Positions 54,382 to 62,261 of a stretch of 64,000 nt of DNA are shown one piece after another. The notes under the pieces are model-generated. The model was not told the origin of the DNA, made no database searches, and was given only the letters and a program-made list of their open reading frames with translations. The stretch is taken from IMG/VR virus record IMGVR_UViG_3300019458_000033, positions 1 through 64,000 of that record; one strand, written 5' to 3'. Both the position numbers and the translations under genes were made by a program. Source of the stretch: a virus. Positions within the stretch are counted from its first letter, which is position 1. Each line of letters starts with the position of its first letter.

Positions 54382-54396
54382 TTGCGGATTCCGCAA
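54382..54396. repeat. palindrome family copy, perfect
   Basis: Lies in the 193-nt intergenic region, 51 nt upstream of the start at 54330. Confidence 0.9.
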
Positions 54397-54523
54397 AACG
54401 CGGCTGGATGGCACCACTGCGTCGAAGGGGATGGCGGGCGGGGTCGACGCCCCCGCCGCCAAAGTAGAAGTGCAAACAGCCGAGTCGGCCAAACCAGGCG
54501 AGAACGAGAGTAACACCAAAGCC

Positions 54524-56398
54524 CTACACTGTCAACTCCGTTGCTGTCGCCTCGCCAGTCCCATTGCGCTCGACCCACCAAGTTCGCCATGCGGCCCCAG
54601 CCGGCGGCGCCGTCTTCTCGTCGGAGGTGTAGACTTGGATGATCTGGCAGCCCGACCCCATCAGGGCTTTAGCCAGCAACCTCTCGCGGGTCTTCGACAG
54701 CGGCGCGGCATGCTCGATCACCGCCACGCCGATGCCGGTTGTCTTCGCTGCGGCAACCCGGAACGCAGCTTCGAGGATCTGCCGGCGCTCGCCGTCCGAC
54801 CAGCGCTCGGCCTCCCAGGTCTCGGTGCCAAAGCCCGAGTCAAGCTCGTAGCGCACCGGGCCCAACCCGAACGGCCTCAGGAACTCGTTCATAGCCTTGA
54901 CCACCGCGCCGATCCTAGACTCGACAATACGGGTGCGCTCCGATTCCAGTTGCTTGACGAGTTCTTTCACCTCGCGCACGCCGGCCGTGGTTGCCTCCAG
55001 GTCCGCCATGTAGGCCGTCGCCTTCTGGTCGGTGCGTTCGTAGTCGGCAATCTCCTCCAGGGCTGTTTCGGCCTTGGTGAGGATCATCTGCACGGTCGAG
55101 AGTTTCTGTTTGGCGGCGTCGAGCTCCGCAGTAACCGCGGCGAGGCCGGCCTCGTGCTGCGAGGCGGTGGCTGCCGCGCGGTGGGATTCAAGCCTCAGCG
55201 TGGACTCTCGCAGGGTTTCCCTAGCAGCGCGCAGCCCCTCAGCAAGCGCCGCCGCCGCGGCTTGGGCGTCCTGCTCGGCCTGGATCGCCTTCTTCTGCTC
55301 CTTGTCGAGCTTGGTGTAGGCTCCCTCCAGCCGCTTGAGCTTGGCCTGCTGCTCGGCGTTCTCCTTGGCGGCCGGCGAGTCGGCAAACGCGGCGAGCACG
55401 GGACAGGCCTTGGCTGGACACTCGACCGGCTCGGGGGTGATCAAGCCCTTCACGCGAAGCTGCTCAGCGAGGTTTTTCTGCATCGCCTCGCTAGCTTTCT
55501 GCCGCTCGGCTGTGGCCCCCTTCGACTTCTGCTCGGCGTCGGCCCACAACGGCTCATTGCGCGCGATTGTTGCGGTGAGTTTCTCGATCGCCTCGGCAAG
55601 ATTGGCGGCAGCGGCCTCCGATAGCGCCTCCCCACCTGTTTTGCCGGCGGCGATTGCGGCTTCTAGATCGGACTTACGGCGCTCGATCGCCCCCAACTCG
55701 CGGTTGATCTTGTCGCGCTGCTGCTGGGCCTGCTGGTGGCCTGAGCGCAACTGCTCGGCTGTCTTACCCTCGCGAGGCCATTTAGGCCGCTCGACGGCGG
55801 AATCCTGCAGCCGCTTGAGGTCTTTGTTGAGCGAGCGCAGGGTGACGTCTTTGAGGTCCCGAACGGTGCGGTCGATCTGCTCAAGACTCGCCAAGCTCTC
55901 GATCGAGTATTTGCGCATCAACTCGGTAATCTTGACCGGCTCAGGCTTCAGCACCCGCGAGATCAGCACCTTCTGCTGCTGTGGGTCGCGGTCCATAATC
56001 GGCAGCGGGTCGAGCAGCGCCGTCAGCAGTTGCTCGTTGCCGCCCATGCGCTCGTAAAGCAGCGCCTGGCAGGTATCTACGTTCGCGCTGTCAACTCCAG
56101 CAACCTGCAAGCGGTGGCCGCCCATGCCGCGCCCGCTGCCACGCTGCCGCGCCCACGTGGCGATGTCGGAGACGACCTTGACGCCGACCGAGTCGGCGCC
56201 CCACGACACCAGCCGCTCCCATTTGGCGCCGCTCAGGTGCGTCTCGCGGCAAATTCCGGTGGCGGCCCAAGCCAGCGCCATCAGGATCGAGGATTTTCCA
56301 GCGCCGTTGTCTCCACGAAGGATCGTGTAGTCGCCGAACTCGATGGGCGCGTTAGGAAACCCTCGAAAGTTTTTCAGGTGGATTTGGCTGATTTTCAT
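54524..56398 (-). CDS. SMC/SbcC/RecF-like AAA ATPase
   Basis: MKISQIHLKNFRGF...GDNGAGKSS (Walker A), a long coiled-coil middle, and C-terminal SDGERRQ signature with VAVIEHA. Confidence 0.75.
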   Translation of the reverse strand: MKISQIHLKNFRGFPNAPIEFGDYTILRGDNGAGKSSILMALAWAATGICRETHLSGAKWERLVSWGADSVGVKVVSDIATWARQRGSGRGMGGHRLQVAGVDSANVDTCQALLYERMGGNEQLLTALLDPLPIMDRDPQQQKVLISRVLKPEPVKITELMRKYSIESLASLEQIDRTVRDLKDVTLRSLNKDLKRLQDSAVERPKWPREGKTAEQLRSGHQQAQQQRDKINRELGAIERRKSDLEAAIAAGKTGGEALSEAAAANLAEAIEKLTATIARNEPLWADAEQKSKGATAERQKASEAMQKNLAEQLRVKGLITPEPVECPAKACPVLAAFADSPAAKENAEQQAKLKRLEGAYTKLDKEQKKAIQAEQDAQAAAAALAEGLRAARETLRESTLRLESHRAAATASQHEAGLAAVTAELDAAKQKLSTVQMILTKAETALEEIADYERTDQKATAYMADLEATTAGVREVKELVKQLESERTRIVESRIGAVVKAMNEFLRPFGLGPVRYELDSGFGTETWEAERWSDGERRQILEAAFRVAAAKTTGIGVAVIEHAAPLSKTRERLLAKALMGSGCQIIQVYTSDEKTAPPAGAAWRTWWVERNGTGEATATELTV

Positions 56399-56943
56399 TT
56401 CTTCCCTTTCATGGCCCTGACGCGCTTCGCAACAAACTGTAAGCGCAGGCCGTATTCATGGATTACTCCCGGCCGGTAGCCGTTTTCTTTGCCAATTGCT
56501 TTATATCTTGACAGCCACTCACCAATTGGCAGAGAGTGGCATCCGACGCGGACCTCATCGCATCCCGCCACCGCGATGATGTCATGGCCAAGTCCAGAAA
56601 TGCGCAGGATTCCTTTGGCCCCGCTCAGGTCGGCCCCGCTCAGCTTGGCCCCGCGCAGGTCGGCCCCGCTCAGGTCGGCCCCGCGCAGGTCGGCCCCGAT
56701 CAACTCGGCCTCGCGCAGGCCAGCCCCGCGCAGGTTGGCCCCGCGCAGGCCAGCCCCGCGAAGGTCGGCCCCGATCAACTCGGCCCGGCTCAGGTTGGCC
56801 TCGCTCAGGTCGGCCCCGCGAAGGTTGGCCCCGATCAGGTCGGCCTCGCGCAAGCTGGCCAGGCGCAGGTTGGCCCCGGTGAGCGACGAGGCATCGACGA
56901 TGCGCAGCACGGCGCCGGATAGGGATTTGATCTCGATTGGCAT
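56395..56943 (-). CDS. pentapeptide-repeat protein
   Basis: AAGGAG SD. About 20 consecutive A(D/N)L-type pentapeptides (ANLRGADLSEANLSRAELIGADLRGAGLRGANL...). Confidence 0.8.
   Translation of the reverse strand: MPIEIKSLSGAVLRIVDASSLTGANLRLASLREADLIGANLRGADLSEANLSRAELIGADLRGAGLRGANLRGAGLREAELIGADLRGADLSGADLRGAKLSGADLSGAKGILRISGLGHDIIAVAGCDEVRVGCHSLPIGEWLSRYKAIGKENGYRPGVIHEYGLRLQFVAKRVRAMKGKK
56617..56885 (-). repeat. 15-nt periodic coding repeats (pentapeptide repeats)
   Basis: GGCCCCGC(T/G)CAGGTC-type units in tandem. Confidence 0.85.
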
Positions 56944-56962
56944 GGGTTCTCCTTTTTTGTGG

Positions 56963-58105
56963 TTAGTCAAACATCTTGTCCAGATCGTCGAGCGAAGCCT
57001 CGCCCTTAGCCGGTGGCAGCTCCGCACTGAAGGGATCGTCACCCGACGGCTCGGCTTGCTTCTCCCCTTCCGGCTCATCGGGATCGCCAATCGACTCGAC
57101 AAAGTCGTCAACCTCGGGCTTTACTTGTTTAGCGAGCGCCTTGGCGGCCTCAGCCGTTGTCTTTGCCGCAGCGGGCTTTGAGCGGGGCTTTTTGGCTTCG
57201 AGTTTGCCGCTGTAGGCCTCGATCAGCTTGAGCACGCTGGCGTTGACGTAGGCTTTGGGATCGTCCTGTTCGCTAGACGCCATGCAGATATCGAGCATCA
57301 CGTTGATCGCTGTGGCGATTGGCACGCCAGCCTTGTGCGCCAACTCTTTGACCTTCTGCTGGTCGGCAATGGAAATCAGCGCCTCGTCGATGTCGTCGCT
57401 GACGGCAGCCTGCTGCTGCATGGCTTCGAGCTTTTCCTCGGTGGTTGCGGGCGGCAAGGCTTCAGGCTGATGGTCGATGTCGATGGCCTCCTCGGAGGTG
57501 TACATGCCGCCGATAATGTCAGGAGCGATCTCGCGCGCCGCCTCCGAGCAGGCCCGCTGCCGCAGCATGTTCTGAAGCTCCTGGCCCGAGCGCCGCCACT
57601 TCTCGGCAAGGTTGGAGCGCTCCTTAGGACCGTCGCGGTCTTGCTTGTTGGGCAGCCAGACCGGATAAGCCTCGGCGCGCGCCTTGGTCCACGTCGCGGC
57701 GTAGCTTTGAGGCTTGGAGCCGTTGACGCCCGGCCGGGTGACATTGCAAACAACCTTCTCGGCCTCGTTGACCGGGTATTCCACCGTGCAGCCAGCCTGG
57801 ATCAGCAGCGCCCGCATAGCCTTTGCCTCCAGGCCCAGGTTGCCGCCAGGAGTGGGATAGATGACCTGTAGCGCCATACCGAACGGCATCCCAAGCTCGC
57901 GCGCGCGCAGCATCATGAACATGACCGACATCGGCTTGCCGCGGGCGTGGACGGGAATCTGCGGCGCGTTGCAGATCAGCGCCGCCTTGATGAGGTTGGC
58001 GCGGTCGGGGTCATCGGCCGGCAGCATCTCGGCGTATTTGAGAATTTGGTCCATGCCGGCCGTGGTCGGCAGGCCCGCGCTAGGTGTCTGAGGATAGTTT
58101 CCCAT
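56963..58105 (-). CDS. recT: RecT/Bet-family single-strand annealing protein (putative)
   Basis: MFMMLRARELGMPFGMALQVIYPT.GGNLGLEAKAMRALLIQAG and LQNMLRQRACSEAAREIAP fit the RecT pattern. Acidic C-terminal tail. CAGGAG SD before the ATG at 58105. Confidence 0.6.
   Translation of the reverse strand: MGNYPQTPSAGLPTTAGMDQILKYAEMLPADDPDRANLIKAALICNAPQIPVHARGKPMSVMFMMLRARELGMPFGMALQVIYPTPGGNLGLEAKAMRALLIQAGCTVEYPVNEAEKVVCNVTRPGVNGSKPQSYAATWTKARAEAYPVWLPNKQDRDGPKERSNLAEKWRRSGQELQNMLRQRACSEAAREIAPDIIGGMYTSEEAIDIDHQPEALPPATTEEKLEAMQQQAAVSDDIDEALISIADQQKVKELAHKAGVPIATAINVMLDICMASSEQDDPKAYVNASVLKLIEAYSGKLEAKKPRSKPAAAKTTAEAAKALAKQVKPEVDDFVESIGDPDEPEGEKQAEPSGDDPFSAELPPAKGEASLDDLDKMFD
58031..58068 (-). 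repeat. 38-nt perfect direct repeat, copy 1 (RecT codons about 13-25)
   Basis: GGCGTATTTGAGAATTTGGTCCATGCCGGCCGTGGTCG is identical to 58302-58339. Confidence 0.9.
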
Positions 58106-58376
58106 TGTCAATACTCCTGATAATGCCTGTCAGTTTGTCTCGGAATTCTGTCAATTGCTGGCGGCTGCTGAACCGCAGCAGTGTGCGCACCGAGTTTGCG
58201 CTACCGTGGATGAGTAGATGCACCTCGGGGGAGCCGGCGCGCGGTCGCCACAGCCGCCACGACTGAACCTTGTGCATGTAGAGCTCGCGCTGGATGGACG
58301 GGGCGTATTTGAGAATTTGGTCCATGCCGGCCGTGGTCGTCGGCAGGCTGCCGAATGACTTCAGGATCCACTTCAT
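58080..58376 (-). CDS. hypothetical protein sharing an N-terminal segment with RecT
   Basis: AGAGG SD. N-terminus MKWILKSFGSLPTTTAGMDQILKYA... It overlaps the RecT start by 26 nt. Confidence 0.45.
   Translation of the reverse strand: MKWILKSFGSLPTTTAGMDQILKYAPSIQRELYMHKVQSWRLWRPRAGSPEVHLLIHGSANSVRTLLRFSSRQQLTEFRDKLTGIIRSIDNGKLSSDT
58302..58339 (-). repeat. 38-nt perfect direct repeat, copy 2
   Basis: See 58031-58068. Confidence 0.9.
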
Positions 58377-58414
58377 CGGATTGCCTCTTTTGAACATACA
58401 TTCTCATTAAAAAG

Positions 58415-59215
58415 CTAGATGAGGAAAACCTCTGTTGGTTTATCCTGCTCGCTTACTCGCATCGCCAGGGGCAGCCCGCGCTTGTCATAGGCTTTGCGCA
58501 GGACCCGACGCAGCAGTTCAGGATCGTTGTTCTCCCTGGACACATGCACAAACACTGCCACGCGCGCCTCGGGGCCCATCCCGCAAACCACCTCGGCGGC
58601 TTGGTCGTTCGACAGGTGCGTGTGGTAGGTGCGCTCGTTGATATGCCGCGGGCGTTTCTCGTTGTCGGCGCACATGTAGGGGTCGTGGTTGGCTTCGATC
58701 ACGTAGCCTTGGGCGCCCGCGCCGAGCTTGAGCATCTGCGGGGTTACCCGGCCCGTCTCGACAAACATCGCGAGCTTTGAGGCGCGCTCCTTGACGAAGT
58801 AGGTCACCGCGCCAGCCGCGTTGTGATGCGTCTCGACGGCAATGAATTTGACGTGCGGCAACTTGGGCATAAAGAACACCTTGCCGGGCTCGACCACCTC
58901 GCACAGCAAGGGGTGCGCGGCAAGATAGTCGACGCTCTCGATGGTGGCGGCGGTGGCGTAGACGCGGTCAAAACCTTCGCGCTCAACCAGTGTTTTGATC
59001 GACTGGATATGGTCGCCGTGCGAATGCGTCACAAGCAGCGTGTGGATCTGCGCCAGCGGCACGCCCCGCTCGGCGCATCGCAGGCGGATCTGCTTGCAAG
59101 ACAGGCCGGCGTCGATGAGCACACCCCAGTCCTCTCCCCACGCCGCAATGGCGTTGCCCGCCGAGCCAGTACCGAGGCAGCAGAAGTTCAAGGGGTGCGC
59201 CCCTCCTTGACGCAA
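58415..59215 (-). CDS. metallo-beta-lactamase fold hydrolase, YycJ/WalJ-like
   Basis: LGTGSAGNA...LIDAG...LLVTHSHGDH...ANHD...THLSNDQAA...HVSRENNDP. Confidence 0.75.
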   Translation of the reverse strand: MRQGGAHPLNFCCLGTGSAGNAIAAWGEDWGVLIDAGLSCKQIRLRCAERGVPLAQIHTLLVTHSHGDHIQSIKTLVEREGFDRVYATAATIESVDYLAAHPLLCEVVEPGKVFFMPKLPHVKFIAVETHHNAAGAVTYFVKERASKLAMFVETGRVTPQMLKLGAGAQGYVIEANHDPYMCADNEKRPRHINERTYHTHLSNDQAAEVVCGMGPEARVAVFVHVSRENNDPELLRRVLRKAYDKRGLPLAMRVSEQDKPTEVFLI

Positions 59216-59424
59216 TCGGGGCAGAGATCAACCGTATCCCAGCGGCATTGTCGGCGGCCCTTTTTGTCGGCGTAACTGAGGTGGTATGTCGACACTTTCT
59301 TGGCGCACTGGCGGCAGACTTGCCTGTCACAGGTCTTGCCGTCTGGCAGGCGCCCATCACAGAGAAGGTTCGACGGCTGACCACAGAACGCGCAGACCAC
59401 AAAGCCTTGGTCGTCTAACGGCAT
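59188..59424 (-). CDS. Cys-rich zinc-finger protein
   Basis: GAGGAGG SD. Contains CAFCGQ...CDRQVCRQC...CPDC. Confidence 0.55.
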   Translation of the reverse strand: MPLDDQGFVVCAFCGQPSNLLCDGRLPDGKTCDRQVCRQCAKKVSTYHLSYADKKGRRQCRWDTVDLCPDCVKEGRTP

Positions 59425-59426
59425 TC

Positions 59427-59804
59427 TCACCCCTCCTCGTTTGCGGATTCCGCAAATTTGGTCTCGATCCGCTCCAGCACATCAAGCAGCCGATAGCCGT
59501 TGATGCGGGCGGTCGGGCCGCAGTGCTGCAGCCACTCGGCCAACAGCGGCAGTGCGAGGCGCTCGGCCTTGGCCGGGTCCCCCAAATAGTCTTCAAGGAT
59601 CTGCCGGCAGATGCACCAGCCTTCGTGGTTGTAGCCGGTGCCCGTGGTGATACCTTGGTCGCCGAGGTCGACAAACTTGATGGCGAGTTCCTGCTTGCGG
59701 ATCGGCGGCTCAAGCTCGCCGCTAGTGAGGTCCGTATTCTCTCGCCACAGTCGGCGCTCGTGCTGGCTGGAGCGGATCTCGTAGGTTGTGGTCTCGTCTC
59801 GCAT
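59427..59804 (-). CDS. hypothetical protein
   Basis: ORF in track. The C-terminus KFAESANEEG is encoded through a palindrome copy. Confidence 0.55.
   Translation of the reverse strand: MRDETTTYEIRSSQHERRLWRENTDLTSGELEPPIRKQELAIKFVDLGDQGITTGTGYNHEGWCICRQILEDYLGDPAKAERLALPLLAEWLQHCGPTARINGYRLLDVLERIETKFAESANEEG
59441..59455. repeat. palindrome family copy, perfect
   Basis: Lies in the 3' end of 59427-59804, 16 nt before the start at 59424. Confidence 0.9.
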
Positions 59805-59919
59805 GTGGTATTCTCCTTGTCAAAGCAGCAGCAGTTGGGGCCGAGCCCGTTCACACTCCTTCCAAGAGCCGATGCGGGCTATCCTGGGTAGCGAAGCAAA
59901 CCAAAAGGCTCGGCCCCCC

Positions 59920-60129
59920 TCACATCTTCCTGAAGGCGTATTCCCCCTTTACCAGTCGCCGCAGCGCCGCCCCGACCGAGCCGGCCTGAATCAGCGCCTG
60001 GAAGGTTTCGGGCGGCAGGCCGTCGTATTGATAGACCGAGCCGTTGAGGAATTCAACCTCCAGGGTGCGGCTCGCCTCGTCGTAGCCGATGGCGGCAATC
60101 TGTGAGGATTTAACTGGGTGTCTTTCCAT
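59920..60129 (-). CDS. KTSC domain protein
   Basis: VKSSQIAAIGYDEASRTLEVEFLNGSVYQYDGLPPETFQALIQAGSVG is the KTSC pattern. AGGAGA SD. Confidence 0.7.
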   Translation of the reverse strand: MERHPVKSSQIAAIGYDEASRTLEVEFLNGSVYQYDGLPPETFQALIQAGSVGAALRRLVKGEYAFRKM

Positions 60130-60142
60130 GGGTTTTCTCCTG

Positions 60143-60640
60143 TCATCCAACTTTCTTTCGAGGCCATGGCGTCACGATATAGCCAGGCTCGACCATCCCG
60201 CCTTCTATCGGCTCCATGTCGTACGCTTCACGGTTACGCAGGGCCTCGCGGCCAGCTTCAGTAATCCGAATTGACCGGGCACAACGCTTCTGCGACCAGC
60301 GCCCTCGCCGCCACCAATCCTTGTGGGAATCAAGCCAATAGTAAAACTCGTTGCTGCCCAGCAGGCCGAACACGTAAACGCCGTCGTCGGGGACCTGATC
60401 TAACACGCTCTTACAGCGAACGCATCGCCATTGGTGGCCGTCGGGCTCAAACGTCCGGGACTCGCACTTGCAGCGAGGTCCATGGCGATGATATTTGTCC
60501 CACGGGCACATCCAGACAACGCCCTCGCGTGCCACGCGCTCCATGAATTCCCATTGGGAATCGCGCTCCCTGCGCGCCATGAGCCGCGAGCTACGGTCTG
60601 CTAGGCGCTTCGGTTTTGCGGATTTTACGGAGGTAGTCAT
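60143..60640 (-). CDS. Cys-rich hypothetical protein
   Basis: ORF in track. Contains CPWDKYHRHGPRCKC...CVRC. Confidence 0.5.
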   Translation of the reverse strand: MTTSVKSAKPKRLADRSSRLMARRERDSQWEFMERVAREGVVWMCPWDKYHRHGPRCKCESRTFEPDGHQWRCVRCKSVLDQVPDDGVYVFGLLGSNEFYYWLDSHKDWWRRGRWSQKRCARSIRITEAGREALRNREAYDMEPIEGGMVEPGYIVTPWPRKKVG

Positions 60641-60660
60641 CTAATGCAAATCTCCTTCCG

Positions 60661-61599
60661 CTATCGCCAACACACTTTCTCAAACGCACATCTGCCCGGG
60701 TAATGGCAGGCGAACGGGTTGCGGCCGAGGTTGCCGTTGAACCGAAAGCGCGTTGCTTGTAGCGCCGTGCCAACCGCCAATCGGCAGTACTCCCAGTTCT
60801 CGGCCACGCGCCGCGGCGACCGAAACGACTCGGTGAATGGGCTCTCGCTGCCCGATGGCCGCTCGCGGTAGGCTTCCCAGAGCGCATCGACCCAAGCAAC
60901 GATCTGCTCGGTTGACTCAAAGATTTCCTTGTCGCCAGAGCGCCGCTTGCGGGTCTGGCCCGAGGGGTCGCGCGGGTCGCGGTAGGTGAGCGTGTAGACC
61001 TGCTGGCCGTTCGAGAGCCGGTAGCGGCGCGTCCAGGGGTTCTCGTAGGTATCTGGCGAGCGGCGCCCCACAATGACCGGCACGACCGTGGCGATCTGGT
61101 CCTGGTCGACCTCCATCGACCACGTCGGATCGCGCTCAAGCGTGGCTGCGGCGTCGTCGTCAAACTCGCCATAGCAGCGGAAAAAGTAATGCATATTGCC
61201 CATCACCAGCCGCGTTTGGCGGATGTAGGGAAAGGGTGGACCATCGATCTTGCCGCTGGCCCAGTTTGCGCCCCCAAGGCCTGCCAGCTCGGCCCATTTC
61301 GAGCCAGCATAGAGCACGCCGGCCGCGCACAGCTTCTCGCGTACCAGCATCGCCGAAGGGTCGGGTTGGTCAAGCCTCAGCCGCTTCTGGCGCGGCAGAT
61401 TCGAGATGGCTGCGTAGGCCTCGCCCAGCGCGAGCTCGAATTGGCCGCCGGCGGCTTGGGGCAGCAGGCGCTCGATGATTCGGCGCGTCTCGGGTCCAAG
61501 GTCGTACTCGCCTTGGTCTGGCCAGGTTCGTGCGAACTCGAACAGCTGGGCGCAGCGGAAGGCGTTGTAGAGGTCAGCATGGCGGTAGGGTTGATCCAT
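60661..61599 (-). CDS. hypothetical protein with C-terminal Cys cluster (nuclease role speculative)
   Basis: AGGAGA SD before the ATG at 61599. The C-terminus ACHYPGRCAFEKVCW plus an N-terminal Cys is reminiscent of Cas4/AddB-type 4-Cys nucleases, but the spacing differs. Confidence 0.5.
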   Translation of the reverse strand: MDQPYRHADLYNAFRCAQLFEFARTWPDQGEYDLGPETRRIIERLLPQAAGGQFELALGEAYAAISNLPRQKRLRLDQPDPSAMLVREKLCAAGVLYAGSKWAELAGLGGANWASGKIDGPPFPYIRQTRLVMGNMHYFFRCYGEFDDDAAATLERDPTWSMEVDQDQIATVVPVIVGRRSPDTYENPWTRRYRLSNGQQVYTLTYRDPRDPSGQTRKRRSGDKEIFESTEQIVAWVDALWEAYRERPSGSESPFTESFRSPRRVAENWEYCRLAVGTALQATRFRFNGNLGRNPFACHYPGRCAFEKVCWR

Positions 61600-61915
61600 T
61601 GGGGTCCTCTCCTGGCATCCTGCCGACCACATCCTTGAGCTTATCGATTGATTCTCGAATCACGCGCAGTAAGGCAACTACACCCTCGGGCGTCGCCACG
61701 TCGATCAGGATGCGGCAGGGGTCCTTGAGCTTGAGGAAAGTTGACTCAACCGCTTTAGGATGATCGACATGGGTCGAGGCTCTGGTTACCTGAACGGCGA
61801 ACTCGATTTTGAGCCTGACGCGGCCACGGCTGTAGGCCGCAGCAAGGATTTCATCGTTCGATGGCGTGCCAAGGCGCGACAGAACGCGCACGCGGCGGGA
61901 TTGTGGGTCTCGCAT
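61574..61915 (-). CDS. hypothetical protein
   Basis: ATG at 61915 within track ORF 61574-61951. Confidence 0.45.
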   Translation of the reverse strand: MRDPQSRRVRVLSRLGTPSNDEILAAAYSRGRVRLKIEFAVQVTRASTHVDHPKAVESTFLKLKDPCRILIDVATPEGVVALLRVIRESIDKLKDVVGRMPGEDPNGSTLPPC

Positions 61916-61961
61916 AAATGAGAGCCTACCGAAAATACGTGCGGCAGTCAAGTCCAGTTAC

Positions 61962-61989
61962 ATCATAAATGTAGAGAGCGGTACGTCAC
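61962..61989 (-). promoter_or_regulatory. candidate sigma70-like promoter
   Basis: On the - strand GTGACG, 16 nt, TATGAT, upstream of the 61915 gene. Confidence 0.3.
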
Positions 61990-62062
61990 ACTTGGCGGCG
62001 TGCCTAATGTTTCAGTGGCCCCCTGGACCCGCTGTGACGCGCTCCGGCGTGACGTAGGCGGT

Positions 62063-62077
62063 TTGCGGAATCCGCAA
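62063..62077. repeat. palindrome family copy, perfect
   Basis: Lies in the 310-nt intergenic region, between the terminator and the candidate promoter. Confidence 0.9.
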
Positions 62078-62212
62078 ATTGGGCCGATTCGTGTCTGGAT
62101 TTGTCACGCTGGCGTGTCTGATTGTGTGGCTCGTTTGGTGCTGTGGGGCTGGCGCGTCTAGCGCCGTCGCGGGCATTATTCCTGATTGGTGCTGGATCGT
62201 ACCTCGGGCGCA

Positions 62213-62242
62213 AGAAAAACCCCGGGCCGTGGGCGCCCGGGG
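62213..62242 (-). terminator. rho-independent terminator
   Basis: On the - strand CCCCGGGC-gcccacg-GCCCGGGG followed by TTTTTCTTG, about 20 nt after the stop at 62262. Confidence 0.8.
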
Positions 62243-62261
62243 TCGGATTCGGGAGGGGCTG

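Noticed and set aside
56617-56885. Regular 15-nt tandem periodicity that could look like a CRISPR or satellite array.
   Set aside because: The period is too short and there are no spacers. The repeats are in frame and encode canonical pentapeptide repeats within a single ORF.
4912-62077. The palindrome copies as rho-independent terminators.
   Set aside because: The stems are only 6-7 bp with a 3-nt loop and are followed by A-runs, not U-tracts, on both strands. Several copies lie inside long essential ORFs. The one clear terminator in the window (62213-62242) looks entirely different.
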